A DNA stretch of 64,000 nt, taken from NCBI GenBank assembly GCA_038087875.1, contig JAXLNO010000548.1, positions 62,001 through 126,000 on the forward strand. Direction: 5' to 3'. This stretch comes from Malacoraja senta (Eukaryota). The notes under the pieces were generated by a model, which did no database searches, was not told where the DNA came from, and was given only the letters and a program-made list of their open reading frames with translations. Positions 36,166-47,967 of the stretch are shown here, piece after piece. The first letter of the stretch is position 1, and every line of letters starts with the position of its first letter. The translations under genes were made by a program, and so were the position numbers.

Positions 36166-39100
36166 CAACATGGATGGAAACATTAAATACAAGAGGGCAT
36201 AGTTTTAAGATGAATGTTTAAAGGAAATGTGCAGGGCATGTTTTTTCACAGACAGTGACGAGTGCCTGGATGGCACTGTCTGAGGTGCGGTTGAGGCTGC
36301 TTGTAAATATATTGTCTTGCCTTCAGAGGTGTTGGGTCAAAATCTTGCAAACCCCTCCAAAAAGTCTGTAACAGTCAAGTTTCTGCCTCATCTCAGTCCT
36401 TGCGATGAATCTCACACCTAAGCAATAAATTCAGGGTCATCCAGATTGCAAACACTGATGGAAACAAGCCAATTATCATTTGGTGTAACATTAAACTCAC
36501 AGTTAAATATTAACAGAAAATAAATATATCATTACCTCAATAAAGTTGATGTTTCACGCTGAATGGGGTGTGGGAATTAGATGGCTCGGGAGTGGAATTT
36601 AGTTTTGTCTAAATATTTAATGTACCTAGTAAATACACTTAAGATATCAGCAATCAAGTAATTATTATGTGTTTTCACAATCACCACAATAGATCAGTAC
36701 AACACAGGAACAGGCCCTTTGGCCCACAATGTCTGTGTTGAACATGATGCCAAGACCAACTCCTATCTGCCGGCACATAATATACCTCCATTCCCTGCAC
36801 ATCCTACAACAATAAGGGCAACATGGTGATGCAACACTGGAGTTGCTGCCTTATGTGCCACACAGCCGGGTTTGATCTTGACTATGGGTATGTAGGTTAA
36901 TTGGGTTGGTATAAATGTAAACCTGTTCCAAGTGTGTGTAGGATAGTGTTAGTGTGCGGGAATTGGTGCGGACCCTGTTTCTACCCTGTATCTCTAAACT
37001 AAACTAAACTAAATGTGCTAACCAGTCAGTGGAAAGACAATACATGATTACAATCGAGCCATCCATAGTGTACAGATATATGATAAAGGGAATAACGTCA
37101 ATAAAGTTTGGTGCAAGATAAAGGCAGTAAAGTCCGATCAAAGATTGTCCAAGGATCTCCAATGCAGGAGACAGTAGTTCAAGACTGCACCCTGGTTGTA
37201 GGTAGGATGGTTTCAGTTACCTGATAACAATTGGGAAGAGACTGTCCCTGAATGTGGAGGTGTGAGTTTTGACAATTGGTTATATGAAGAGTAAAGTTGT
37301 TGTTATTCTGTTCAAATGAGCATTTGACGGCACTAGGCCTCTACTCGCTGGAGTTTAGAAGGATGAGGGAAACCTCATTGAAACTTACCTGATAGTGAAA
37401 GGCCTGGATAGAGTGGATGTTGAGAGGATGTTTCCACTAGTGTCAGCATCTCACCAGAGGGCAAAGCCTCACAATTAAAGTACACTCCTTTAGGAAGGAG
37501 ATGAGGAGGAATTTCTTTATTCAGAGGGTGGTGAATCTGTGGAATTCTGCCACAGAAGGCTGTGGAGGCCGTCAATGGATATTTTTTTATGGCAGAGATA
37601 GATAGATTCTTGAATAGAACGGGTGTCGGGGGTTATGGGGAGAAGGTAGGAAAATGTGGTTTGGAGGATAGGATAGATCAGCCATGATTGATGGGACGAA
37701 TGGCCTAATTCTGTTCCTATCACTTATGATCTTATGATCTTATGATTGAGTAAATAGCTGTCTGTAGTATTAACAATGACAAAACAAGTATATAGGTCAG
37801 TGTAGCATGCTAACGTCTTGGTAAAACTGGTTCAAAAGTATTTTATTAAATGCTCATAATTCAGAAATGACACTGGTGGATATACAATGACATTCTCAGT
37901 CTGTTGCACATAAAACACTTCCACAGCTATTACACCACAGCTTTGATAATGAGTATTGTTCCCAGTGCTCTGTAGGGTTAAGAAAACACAGCCCCCATAC
38001 GTTACCGTGTTCCATAAATATTCACAGGACATGGTACTGGGATGTTGTCTATGTGGAGTTTGCATGTTCTCCCTGTGACCACGTGGGATTTCTCCCGGTG
38101 CTCCGGTTTCCTCGCACATCTCAGTGATGTACAGGTTTGTAGGTGAGTTGGCTTTTGTAAAATTGCCCTAGTGTATCGAAAGAGGATGTGAAAGAGGGAT
38201 AACAGAACTGGTGTGTTGGATGGTTGGTATCAACTCGATGAGCTGAAGGCTCTGCATCCATGCTGTATCACTCAACTAAACTAAGCAATATTATGTAAGC
38301 TGTGGTGTAGAGCATGGTTCGTATTGAAAAAAAAGATCCTTGTTGACTGGCCCATCAAATACTTGAAGCACTGAGTGAAGCATTAAATGCAAAGGCAATT
38401 ACTTCTCCACTACACCATCAGGTATGTGAACAAGGAATGCAGGTTACAGTATGTGACAAAGAGAAGTGGCAAAATAACTAGGAACGAACTGCAGATGCAG
38501 GTTTAACCCGAAGATAGGCTCAAAAAGCTGGAGTGACTCAGCGGGTCAAACAGCATTTCTGGAGTCTGAACAAGGGTCTCATCCCGAAATGTCACCTATG
38601 CCTTGTATCCAGAGATGCTGACTGACCCGGTGAGTTTCTCCAACTTTTTGTGTCTATCTCTGGCAAGATATGTATATGATGTTTGAGAGGCATTTAGATC
38701 GACAAACTGATCTGCAGGAAATAGAGGGATATGGATCATGTTGCAGTTGGATGGGATCAGTTTAGCATCTCATCATGTTCACCACAGACATTGTGGGCCA
38801 AAGGGCCTCTTCCTGAGATGAACATTTTTATGTTTTATATAAAATAAGATTAGTAATCAGCTGTAAGCCCCCTTGAACAGACTGCATCATTCAATAACAT
38901 TATGTCCAATCTGATTTTGATCAGTTTACTGCATAATTCCTGCAATTTTTGATTCATTTCTGATCTAAAATTCTCTATATCTCAACCTAGAAAATATTCA
39001 TTCACCTTGTCTTCACAGCTGGAATAGAAAGTTCAGGCAAATCATACACCTCCTGGAAAATAAATCTTCTTCGTAACTATTTTAAAGAGGGACCCAACAT

Positions 39101-39486
39101 GGGAGGACTGCCGAGAACAAAGATAACAAAGAGGGTCCCGGGGTTGGGGGGGGAGGGGGCGCGGATAACACAGGTGAACCCAACATGGAGGGGCTGCCGA
39201 GAACAAAGAGGGACCATTGGGGACTGTAATGATTACTTTGTAACTGTGTCGACACCCTATACATGGTGACTTGTGTATGTATACCTTGTGTATGTTATGC
39301 AAAGCAAAGAATTTCACTGTGACATGTCACATGTGATAATAAAGTATCAATCAATCAAATAGGCGACCTTTTATTCCAAAATGTGGCGCAATGTATGACT
39401 TTGGAATCACAGGGTAACTGCAGTGAAGACAGCATTTGAAAAATTAATGGCTGAATGTAAAGTCATCAGTCAGCATTGATACAATA

Positions 39487-39978
39487 AAGAGCATAGAACA
39501 GTACAGCACAAGAACAGGCCCTTTGACCCACAATGTTTGTGCCGAACATGATGCCAAGACCAATTGTTATCTGCTTGCACATAATCCATATCCATCCATT
39601 CCCTGCATATACATGTGCCTATCTAAAAGTCTCTTAAATGCCACTATCATATCTGCTTCCACCACCACCTCCAGCAGCACATTCCAGTCACTCACCACCC
39701 TTGGCGTAAAACACTTGTCCTGCACATCTTTTTTTAACTTTGCCACTCATTGTAAAGCAATACCTGCTCTTATTTGATATTTCCTTCCTGGGTAAAAAGT
39801 CTGATGGTCTACCCTATCTCTACTCCTCCCAGTTTGATATATTACTGTCAGGTCTCCCCTCAATCCCCGACATTCCAGAGAAAACAATCCAACTGTCCAG
39901 TCTGTCCAACTTCTCCCTGTGGCTAATACCCCACTAATCCAGGCATCATTCCGGTAGACCTCCTCTGCATCCCAAAGG
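39487..39978 (-). mobile_element. CR1 LINE 3' fragment overlapping the last codons of the MHC exon 5
   Basis: GATGCAGAGGAGGTCTACCGGAATGATGCCTGGATTAG..GTTGGACAGACT..GAGGGGAGACCTGA matches other CR1 copies in the window (e.g. 28790-28910, 31490-31610). Confidence 0.85.
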
Positions 39979-40166
39979 AAGCTGATTGTGCTTCATGGTC
40001 CTCTCCTGGTCTCTGCTATTGTCAGCTGGTACCTGTTCATTGAAAGGTTTTCTCTTTTTCCTCTTCTTCCAGCAACCAATTCCAAGGATGATCCCCAGGA
40101 GAATGAGAGGAACAATTACAGCTCCAGTCACGATCCTAATCTTCATATCTTCTTTCACTGCCCTCT
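39946..40166 (-). CDS. MHC class I-like exon 5, connecting peptide + transmembrane + cytoplasmic tail
   Basis: Acceptor ccaacag, phase 1. Translation ERAVKEDMKIRIVTGAVIVPLILLGIILGIGCWKKRKKRKPFNEQVPADNSRDQERTMKHNQLPLGCRGGLPE* has a 22-aa hydrophobic span followed by a basic stop-transfer cluster. An internal donor (GAACAG|GTACCA) cannot be excluded. Confidence 0.8.
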
Positions 40167-40483
40167 CTGTTGGCATATACAGTGGCTTGCAAAAGTATTC
40201 ATACCCCTTGAACTTTTCCACATTTTGTCACGTTACAACCACAAGCGTAAATGTATTTTATTGGGATTTTATGTGATAGACCAACATAAAGTGGCACATA
40301 ATTGTGAAGTGGAAGGAAAATTATACATGGTTTTCAAATTTTTTTACAAATAAAAAACTGAAAAGTGTCGCGTGCGAAAATATTCAGCCCCCTTTACTCT
40401 GATACCCCTAAATAAAATCCAGTGCAACCAATTGCCTTCAGAAGTCACCTTATTAGTAAATAGAGTCCACTTGTGTGTAATCT

Positions 40484-40789
40484 CGGGACGACAGATGGCG
40501 CAATGGGCTAAGTGTTCGGCTGGCAACCGGAAGGTAGCCGGTTCGAATCCCGCTTGGAGTGCATACTGTCGTTGTGTCCTTGGGCAAGACACTTCACCCA
40601 CCTTTGCCTGCGTGTGAATGTGTGTGAATGTGTGTGAGTGATTGGTGGTGGTCGGAGGGGCCGTAGCAGCCACGCTTCCGTCAGTCTGCCCCAGGGTGTG
40701 ACTGAGGAGTGAATGAATAATGCGATGTAAAGCGCCGAGTATTAGAAAGGCGCTATATAAATCCCATCCATTATTATTATTATTATTAT
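40484..40789 (+). mobile_element. tRNA-derived CORE-type SINE with L2-like tail (AFC-like), inserted in the Tc1 5' region
   Basis: Box A TGGCGCAATGG (40496), box B GGTTCGAATCC (40540), CORE-like TGTCCTTGGGCAAGACACTTCAC, tail GTAAAGCGC..GAAAGGCGCTATATAAAT and (ATT)n. TAATCT on both sides is a probable TSD. Confidence 0.85.
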
Positions 40790-40870
40790 TAATCTAATCT
40801 CAGTATAAATACAGCTGTTCTGTGAAGGCCTCAGAGGTTTGTTAGAGAACATTAGTGAACAAACAACATC

Positions 40871-41892
40871 ATGAAGCCAAAGGAACACACCAGACAGGTC
40901 AGGGATAAAGTTGTGGAGAAGTTTAAAACAGGGTTAGGTTATAAATAAATATCCCAAGCTTTGAACATCTCATGGAGCACTGTTCAACCCATCATCCGAA
41001 AATGGAGAGAGTATGGCACAACTGCAAACCTACCAAGACATGGCCGTCCACCTAAACTGACAGGCCGGGCAAGGAGAGCATTGATCAGAGAAGCAGCCAA
41101 GAGGCCCATGGTAACTCTGGAGGAGCTGCAGAGATCCACAGCTCAGGTGGGAGAATCTGTCCACAGGAAAACTATTAGTCGTGCACTCCACAAATCGGGC
41201 CTTTATGGAAGAGTGGCAAGAAGAAAGCCATTGTTGAAAAAAGCCCATAAGAAGTCCCGTTTGCAGTTTGCCACAAGCCATGTGGGGGACACAGCAAACA
41301 TGTGGAGGAAGGTGCTCTGGTCAGATGAGACCAAAATTGAAGTTTTTGGCCTAAATGCAAAACGCTATGTGTGGCGGAAACCTAACACTGCACATCACCC
41401 TGAACACACCATCCCCACTGTGAAACATGGTGGTGGCAGCATTATGCTGTGGGGATGCTTTTCTTCAGCAGGGACAGGGAAGCTGGTCAGAGTTGATGGG
41501 GGAAGATGGATGGAGCCAAATACAGGGCAATCTTGGAAGAAAACCTGTTAGAGTCTGCAAAAGATTTGAGACCGGGGCGGAAGTTCACCTTCCAGCAGGA
41601 CAACGACCCTAAACATACAGCCAGAGCTACAATGGAATGGTTTAGATCAAAGCGTATTCATGTGTTAGAATGGCCCAGTCAAAGTCCAGACCTAAATCCA
41701 ATTGAGAATCTCTGGCAAGACTTGAAAATTGCTGTTCACAGATGCTCTCCATCCAATCTGACTGAGCTCGAGCTATTTTGCAAAGAAGAATGGGCAAAAA
41801 TTTCAGTCTCTAGATGTGCAAAGCTGGTAGAGATATACCCCAAAAGACTTGCAGCTGTAATTGCAGCGAAAGGTGGTTCTACAAAGTATTGA
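40871..41892 (+). pseudogene. Tc1 DD34E transposase pseudogene
   Basis: MKPKEHTRQVRDKVVEKFKTGLGYK* (TAA at 40946), paired-like HTH with GRPPK, then WSDETK, a +2 frameshift near 41500, FQQDNDPKH and [11 protein letters not shown], ending AKGGSTKY*. Confidence 0.93.
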
Positions 41893-44469
41893 CTCAGGGG
41901 GGCTGAATACTTTTGCACGCGACACTTTTCAGTTTTTTATTTGTAACAAAATTTGAAAACCATGTATCATTTTCCTTCCACTTCACAATTATGCACCACT
42001 TTGTGTTGGTCTATCACATAAAATCCCAATAAAATACATTTACGTTTGTGGTTGTAACGTGACAAAATGTGGAAAAGTTCAAGGGGTATGAAAACTTTTG
42101 CAAGCCACTGTATAGTGCATTTTAAACATTTAGTGATCAATAACAACATTGTAATGATTTTATTATCTAAATTAAAGTAGCACTGTTCATATCTAATTAA
42201 AAAGTAATAACGTTTTAGATTTAAGTATTTATACAGAGGATGGATGTGCTTAAAATGATCAATGAAAAATCATTAAGTTCATATTAGCATTGAGGTATTG
42301 AGATTTTATCTGCAGCATTTAATTAAGAATTTAAAGAATCAAGTACGTCAGAAATATATGACTATTTACAGTGTAGAGGTCAACAAGGCCATTTTCTTAT
42401 GTTGATTGTTATTATAGCAAATAAAAGTGAACCCATTTATAGTTGATAAAACTTCAAAGGTTTTAATCTTTGCTGATATTTCAATGATATCTGAGTTTAA
42501 TTTTCTCACATACACATGCTCTCTCTTTCTCTCTCTCTCCCCCTCACTGTCTCACACACATGAGCCCACACACACATACACACATAGGCACACACAGACA
42601 ATAACACTACTGTCTATTTGTACTGACCAGCAATCTTAACCATGTCAGCTTGGCCCTGGTGTGAAGATCTTTGCAGAGGTCTTGTCTGGAACAAATAAGT
42701 CAGCTACAGAACAGGTGCTGCTACTTCAGCCTGATAATATGGCACCACTATTGGTCTTTTGTGTAACTAGCTACTATCAGAAAATTAGCTAGATGCCCAA
42801 GGAAGAAGATAAGAGACCTTGTCCAGGATCAGCCTATCTTGCTTCCACTGTTCCTACATTTGGATGGGTGAGTTAAGGGTGACATAAGAATAATTTTGAC
42901 CATAAGATATTGGAGCGGAATTATGCCTTTCAAGTCCATTGAGTCTACTCCACCATTCAGTCATAGCAGATCTATTTTTTACCGCTAAATCCCATTCTCT
43001 AGCCTTCTCCCTGTAACCTTTGTCACCCGTACTCATCAAGAACCTATCAATCTCTGCTTGAAAAATATGCAATGACTTGACCCACACAGCTGTTTGTATC
43101 AATGAATTCCACAGATTCACCACCCTGTGACTAAAGAGATTCCTCCTCATCTCCATATTGAAGGTAGGTATTTTTATTGTGAGGCTGTGCTAGACTCTCC
43201 CATTACTGAAAACTTCCTTTCCCATCAACTAACCAGGCATTTCATTATCTGGTAGGCAGGGCCGGATTTACATATAAGATGGACAAGCTTCAGTTTAGGG
43301 CCTGGAGATCTAGGAGGGGCTCGCAGAGCCGGATTTACCACTAGGCTTCATAGGCTGAAGCCTGGGGCCCTGAAATATAGGGGGCCTCCGGCCAAGGCAG
43401 GACACCAGCCGTTCAACTCTGGGCGGGGCGGCCCCCCTCTCTATCTCTATCTCCGTCTGTCACTCTCCGTGTCCGGGTCTCCACTCTCCGCTCGCTCCTC
43501 ATCCGCCAGCACGGCCGGCCGCCTTGCACATGCACACTGCTACGGCCAGCACGTCCTCCCCTGCACATGCGCACAACCACAGCCCGCACGTCATCGGCCG
43601 CCCTGCGCATGCGCACTGCCACGGCAACTGGTCGGCGCTGGGCACTTTCTCCCTCGCTTTGAATTGTGGGAGATTTGGCCGCCATTGCTGCCTCGCCGCA
43701 ACCGCTGAAAACTAACACAGAATCACTCCCTGACCCTGGATCAGGAGTATCTCCCTGGAGTAACTCTCGCTTCTGGTTTCCTGATCCTCCATAAATATTC
43801 TAAAAGGAATTTAAACTGGAGGTGGTAGAGGGCTGAACAATAACAGCCTATTGCATTTTATCTGTTTATTTATTGTGTATATATATGGTCTATGGTATAT
43901 AAACACACTGAACTTTTATCTCCTGTTCTGTATTATGTTCACATATTATGTTGTGCTGCAGCAAGCAAGAATTTCATTGTCCTATCTGGGACACATGACA
44001 ATAAAACTCTCTTGACTCTTGACTTGGACTTAAGCAAAAAAGGGTTCTTGGGGAAAAAAGAGGTACCTTAAATTTAGTTGCGTCTGGTTGGGTAACTATG
44101 GTAGGGTGAAGACTATTCCATGCTTTAATTGTGCGGGGGAACTCCATGGAGCAGCCAGCAACTCAGGATAGAAGAAATTGGGTGACGTTTCGGGTAGAAA
44201 CACTTCTTTAGACTCCCTCTGGTTTTAGTGTCTTTAGCTTAATTTGAAGATACAGCGTGGAAACAGGCCCTTCAGCCCTCCGAGTCCACGCCGACTATTG
44301 ATCACCCGTACACTAGTTCTTTCCCACACATTAGCGAAGTAAGTCAAGAGTCAAGAGTTTATTCTCTCACGTCCCAGTTAGAACAATGAAATCCTTACTT
44401 GCAGCAGCACAACAGAATATGTAAACATAGTACTCTGTAAACAATGTTATAAACGAGAAAACAAAACGG

Positions 44470-45050
44470 TGTATATTTATAGCTGTGGTGGAGACAATCG
44501 CTGCTGCTACCCGACCCCCGGAGATTCGGAGGCTACAACCGCGGGTCTGGCGGACGGCAACACCGGAAGCCCGTGGGTCCCCTGGTGGGACACCGCTTTT
44601 CGGGGCATCCGCAGCGGCGACTTCTCCCGCCCGAGTTGCGGGGTTGAAGAGCACCTGGAGGGGGGCTTTACATCACCGCCCCGCGCGGCTTGGAATGGCC
44701 GCCGGACTTTGCGAGCGTGCGCCGGGGCTCTAACACCAAGACGCGGTGCGCGACCCTGCATTAACCGGCGTGGCTTTAATGGCCGCGGGATAATCACCAT
44801 CGCCCGCCGGGGGCTTTGACTTTGACTCTGACATCGGGGGGGTGGGGGGGGGGAGTGCAGTGGAGAGATACGTTTTTTTGCCTTCCATCACAGCGCTGTG
44901 ATGGATGAATGTGTAAATTGTGTTGTGTCTCGGGTCTTCTTCGTTTTGTAATGTATGGCTGCAGAAACGACATTTCGTTTGGACCTCAACGGGGTCCAAA
45001 TGACAAATTTGTCCAAAAGACAAATAAAATTGTATTGTAATTGTATTGTA
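44470..45050 (+). mobile_element. CpG-rich non-autonomous retroelement-like repeat
   Basis: GC-rich body, TTTTTTGCCTTCCATCACAG block shared with 33830-34330 (minus), and a tail ending CAAATAAAATTGTATTGTAATTG. Confidence 0.55.
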
Positions 45051-45149
45051 TATATATATGTGTGTGTGTGTGTGTGCATAGTATATATACCCACACGCAC
45101 ACACACACAATTTCCCTCCTGGGATTAATAAAGTTCTATCGTATAGTAT

Positions 45150-46085
45150 CGTGTGTGTAGGAAGGAACTGCAGATGCTGGTTTAAACTGAAGATAGACAC
45201 ACAAAGCTGGAGTAACTCAACAGGTCAGACAGAATCTCTGGACAAAAGGGAAATATTACGTTTAGGGTTGGTTCTGAAATAGGTTCCTGCACACCTTTGG
45301 AATGTGGAAGGAAACAAGAGCACCCGAAGAAAACCCATGCGATCAAAGTGAAAAGGAGCAAACTCCAAACAGACAACACCCATATTCAGGATCAATTCCA
45401 GGTCTCTGGCACTTTTAGGCAGCAACCTTATGGCCAATGTACAGCCCCATTGTCTTGAACTTAATTAAAACGCCAAGTGTAGCATTTCCTGCAGTTGCAA
45501 TGGAAAGTGCCAGGAGAGGGGGTGGTTTGGGTGGGAAGGGACGAATTGACCAGGGAGTTACGGAGGGAGCGGTCTCTATGGAAAGCCAACAGGGGAGGAG
45601 ATGGGAAGATGTGGCCAGTTGTGGGATCCCATTGGTAGACAAAAAAGCTGTAGAAAATCAGCGGGTGAGGCAGCACCTGTGGAGCGAAGGAATAGACGAT
45701 GTTTCGGGTCGAGACCCTTCTTCAGATTGATGTCGGGGGGGGGGGGGGAATGACATGAAAAATAAAGGAAGAGACGGAGACAGTAGGCTGTGGGAGAGCT
45801 GGGAATGGGAGGGGAAGGAGGGAGAAAGCAAGGACTACCTGAAATTAGAGAAGCCTATGTGCATAGCGCTGGGGTGTAAACTACCCAAGCAAATATGAGG
45901 TGCTGCCCCTCCAATATGCGGTGGGCCTCACTCTGGCCATGGAGGAGGCCCAGGACAGAAAGGTCAGATTCGGAATGGGAGGGGGAGTTGAAGTGCTGAG
46001 CCACCGGGAGATCAGGTTGGTTATTGCGAACTGAGTGGAGGTGTTGTGCGAAGCAATCGCCAAGCCTGCACTTGGTCTCACCGAG
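45150..46085 (-). mobile_element. Rearranged Penelope-like fragments inside the hAT element
   Basis: GETKCRLGDCFAQHLHSVRNNQPDLPVAQHFNSPSH, plus terminal-repeat pieces. Confidence 0.8.
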
Positions 46086-47229
46086 GTTGATCATACGCTG
46101 AATAATCCAACCACATTTTTTTTTGGAAGTGGAAAGAAATAATAGAAATTGCATTCATTGCAACGTGTAAAAAGAGTTAAGATACAGTATTATAATTGTG
46201 CTGCATGTCATTGTGGTATATATCATGTCCTGATTGGTGAATATGTTTAGTTTGTGGCTTTATTTGAAGCAGAAATAATATGTGAATGCTTCATTGAGCA
46301 TAATTCTGACTGGTCGTCCGAGCACATTATCGCACGTGTCATGCAAGCCATCTTAAATAACCACCTAAACTGTCATTTGGCAACTTAAAAAGCTACCAAG
46401 GTTGCCCGGCTGACAACAGAGAAAAGAAATTAAGTGAGAGCCCTGCAAGGTGTATAATATTTTTGACACTGTCATAGGCCTTTCTTACATATGCTGTCAC
46501 AACGCACTGTAGTCTCTAAACAACACTTCAGTAATTTTCCTTGCCCTCCATTTCAGAATAATAGTGTTTTAAGCCAATAACTCGACACTAGCAGTGGCAA
46601 TAAATAAATAAATAAAGCCCAGCTTTCCAGCCCCTTATCTCATTGGCCACGCTCGGCTGCAAATCGGTGTCAATCTGGTGGACCATCTTCCTCTGGTCGT
46701 GGGGGTGGGGGATTGGGGGGGGGCCTCACAAGTGGAACAGCTTAGGGCCTCTCTTCATCTAAATCCGGCCCTGCTGGTAGGTTTCAATGAGATTCCCACC
46801 TCATCCTTCTAAATCCCATGAGCACAGGCACAGAGACTTCAAACACTCCTCATACGTTAAATCAATCATCCCCAGGACATACATCCTCTCGACCCTCTCC
46901 AAAGCCAGCACATCCTTTCTAATATGGAGCCCAAAACTGCTCACAATATTCCAAATGTGTCTTCACCAGTGCCCGATAAATCCTCAGCATTATATCATTG
47001 TTTTTATATTCTACGCCCCCCGAAATGAATGCTGGCATTGCATTTGCCTTACTTACCACTGACTCAATCTGCAAATGAACTATTTGGGAATCCTGCACTA
47101 GTACTCCCACTTTGTAGCTCAGGTTTCTCAATTCTCTCCCCATTTAGAAAATAGTCTATGTCTTTATTCCGACTGCCAACATGTAAAACCAGACACTTGC
47201 TACACTGTATTCCATTTGGCTCTGCTTTG

Positions 47230-47873
47230 CCCACTCGGTGGAACTGCTGCCTTACAGCGCCAGAGACCCGGTTCAATTCTGACTACGGGTCCCGTCTGTA
47301 CAGAGTTTTGTACCTTCTCCCCGGGACTTGCGTGGGTTTTGCCTGGATCTCCGGTTTCCTCACTCAGTCCAAAGACATACAGGTTTGTAGGTTAATTGGC
47401 TTGGTATAATTGTAAATTGTCCCCTAATAAGTAAGATAATGTAAGTGTGCAGGGATCGCTGGTTGACACAGACTCGGTGGGCTGAAGGGCCGGTTTCTGC
47501 GCTGTATCTCTTAAACTAAAACCACATTCCATTGACTATCAATAATTATGAGCAATTAGATAACCACAAATTAATAATGGGTGGCACAGTGGCGTAGCGG
47601 TAGAGCTGCTGCCTTACTGCACCAGAGACCTGGGTTTGATCCTGACTACAGGTGCTGTCTGCAAGGACATTGTATGTTCTCCCTGTGACTGCGTGGGTTT
47701 CCTCCCACACTACAAAGACATACAGGTTTGTAGGTTACTTGGCTTAGGTAAAATTGTAAATTGTCCGTACTGTGTAGGTTAGTGTAAATGTATGGGTTGA
47801 TCACTATTCAGCGAGGACTCAGTGAGCTGAGGGGCCTGTATCTGCAGCATATCTCTAAAGCCTAAAGTCTAAA
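47230..47873 (+). mobile_element. Two tandem HE1/V-SINE-like SINEs just downstream of the alpha3 exon
   Basis: Copies at about 47230-47520 and 47579-47873. Confidence 0.8.
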
Positions 47874-47967
47874 TCCACAGCTTAGTTAAGAGTGTGAGTT
47901 GAGACTGTTATCTCAGTCCAGGAGGTTTATGGTCTCAAGTGATCAGCCTCATTGACTTGCCACTTAC

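Larger units (their letters stand above)
40180..42110 (+). mobile_element. Full-length Tc1-family DNA transposon (Passport/PPTN-like, long IR/DR-type TIRs), defective
   Basis: TIRs of about 213 bp starting CAGTGGCTTGCAAAAG, with about 9 mismatches by eye and inner direct repeats (AAAxTATTCAGCCCC). TA duplication at 40178-40179 and 42111-42112. Internal transposase gene. Confidence 0.96.
43257..46773. mobile_element. Non-autonomous hAT-type DNA transposon containing nested retroelement insertions
   Basis: TIR CAGGGCCGGATTTA ... TAAATCCGGCCCTG. Perfect 8-bp TSD CTGGTAGG (43249-43256, 46774-46781). It splits a CR1 fragment whose halves rejoin cleanly. Confidence 0.9.
42850..47215 (-). mobile_element. 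CR1 LINE 3' fragment split by the hAT insertion (42850-43256 and 46774-47215)
   Basis: LVKTHLEYCEQFWAPY in the right half and RRNLFSHRVVNLWNS in the left half. Confidence 0.85.

Noticed and set aside
40484-40560. tRNA gene (intact A/B boxes and a cloverleaf-like head)
   Set aside because: It continues directly into a CORE-like body, LINE tail and (ATT)n with a flanking duplication, so it is a SINE head. The same applies to the HE1-like heads.
40961-41892. Active transposase (two ORFs in the track)
   Set aside because: A nonsense codon at 40946 and a frameshift near 41500 break the single reading frame.
43413-44819. GC-rich ORFs on both strands at 43.4-43.7 kb and 44.4-44.8 kb
   Set aside because: They lie in a hAT subterminal region and a CpG-rich repeat. 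Open frames are expected from GC content alone and no domains are recognisable.
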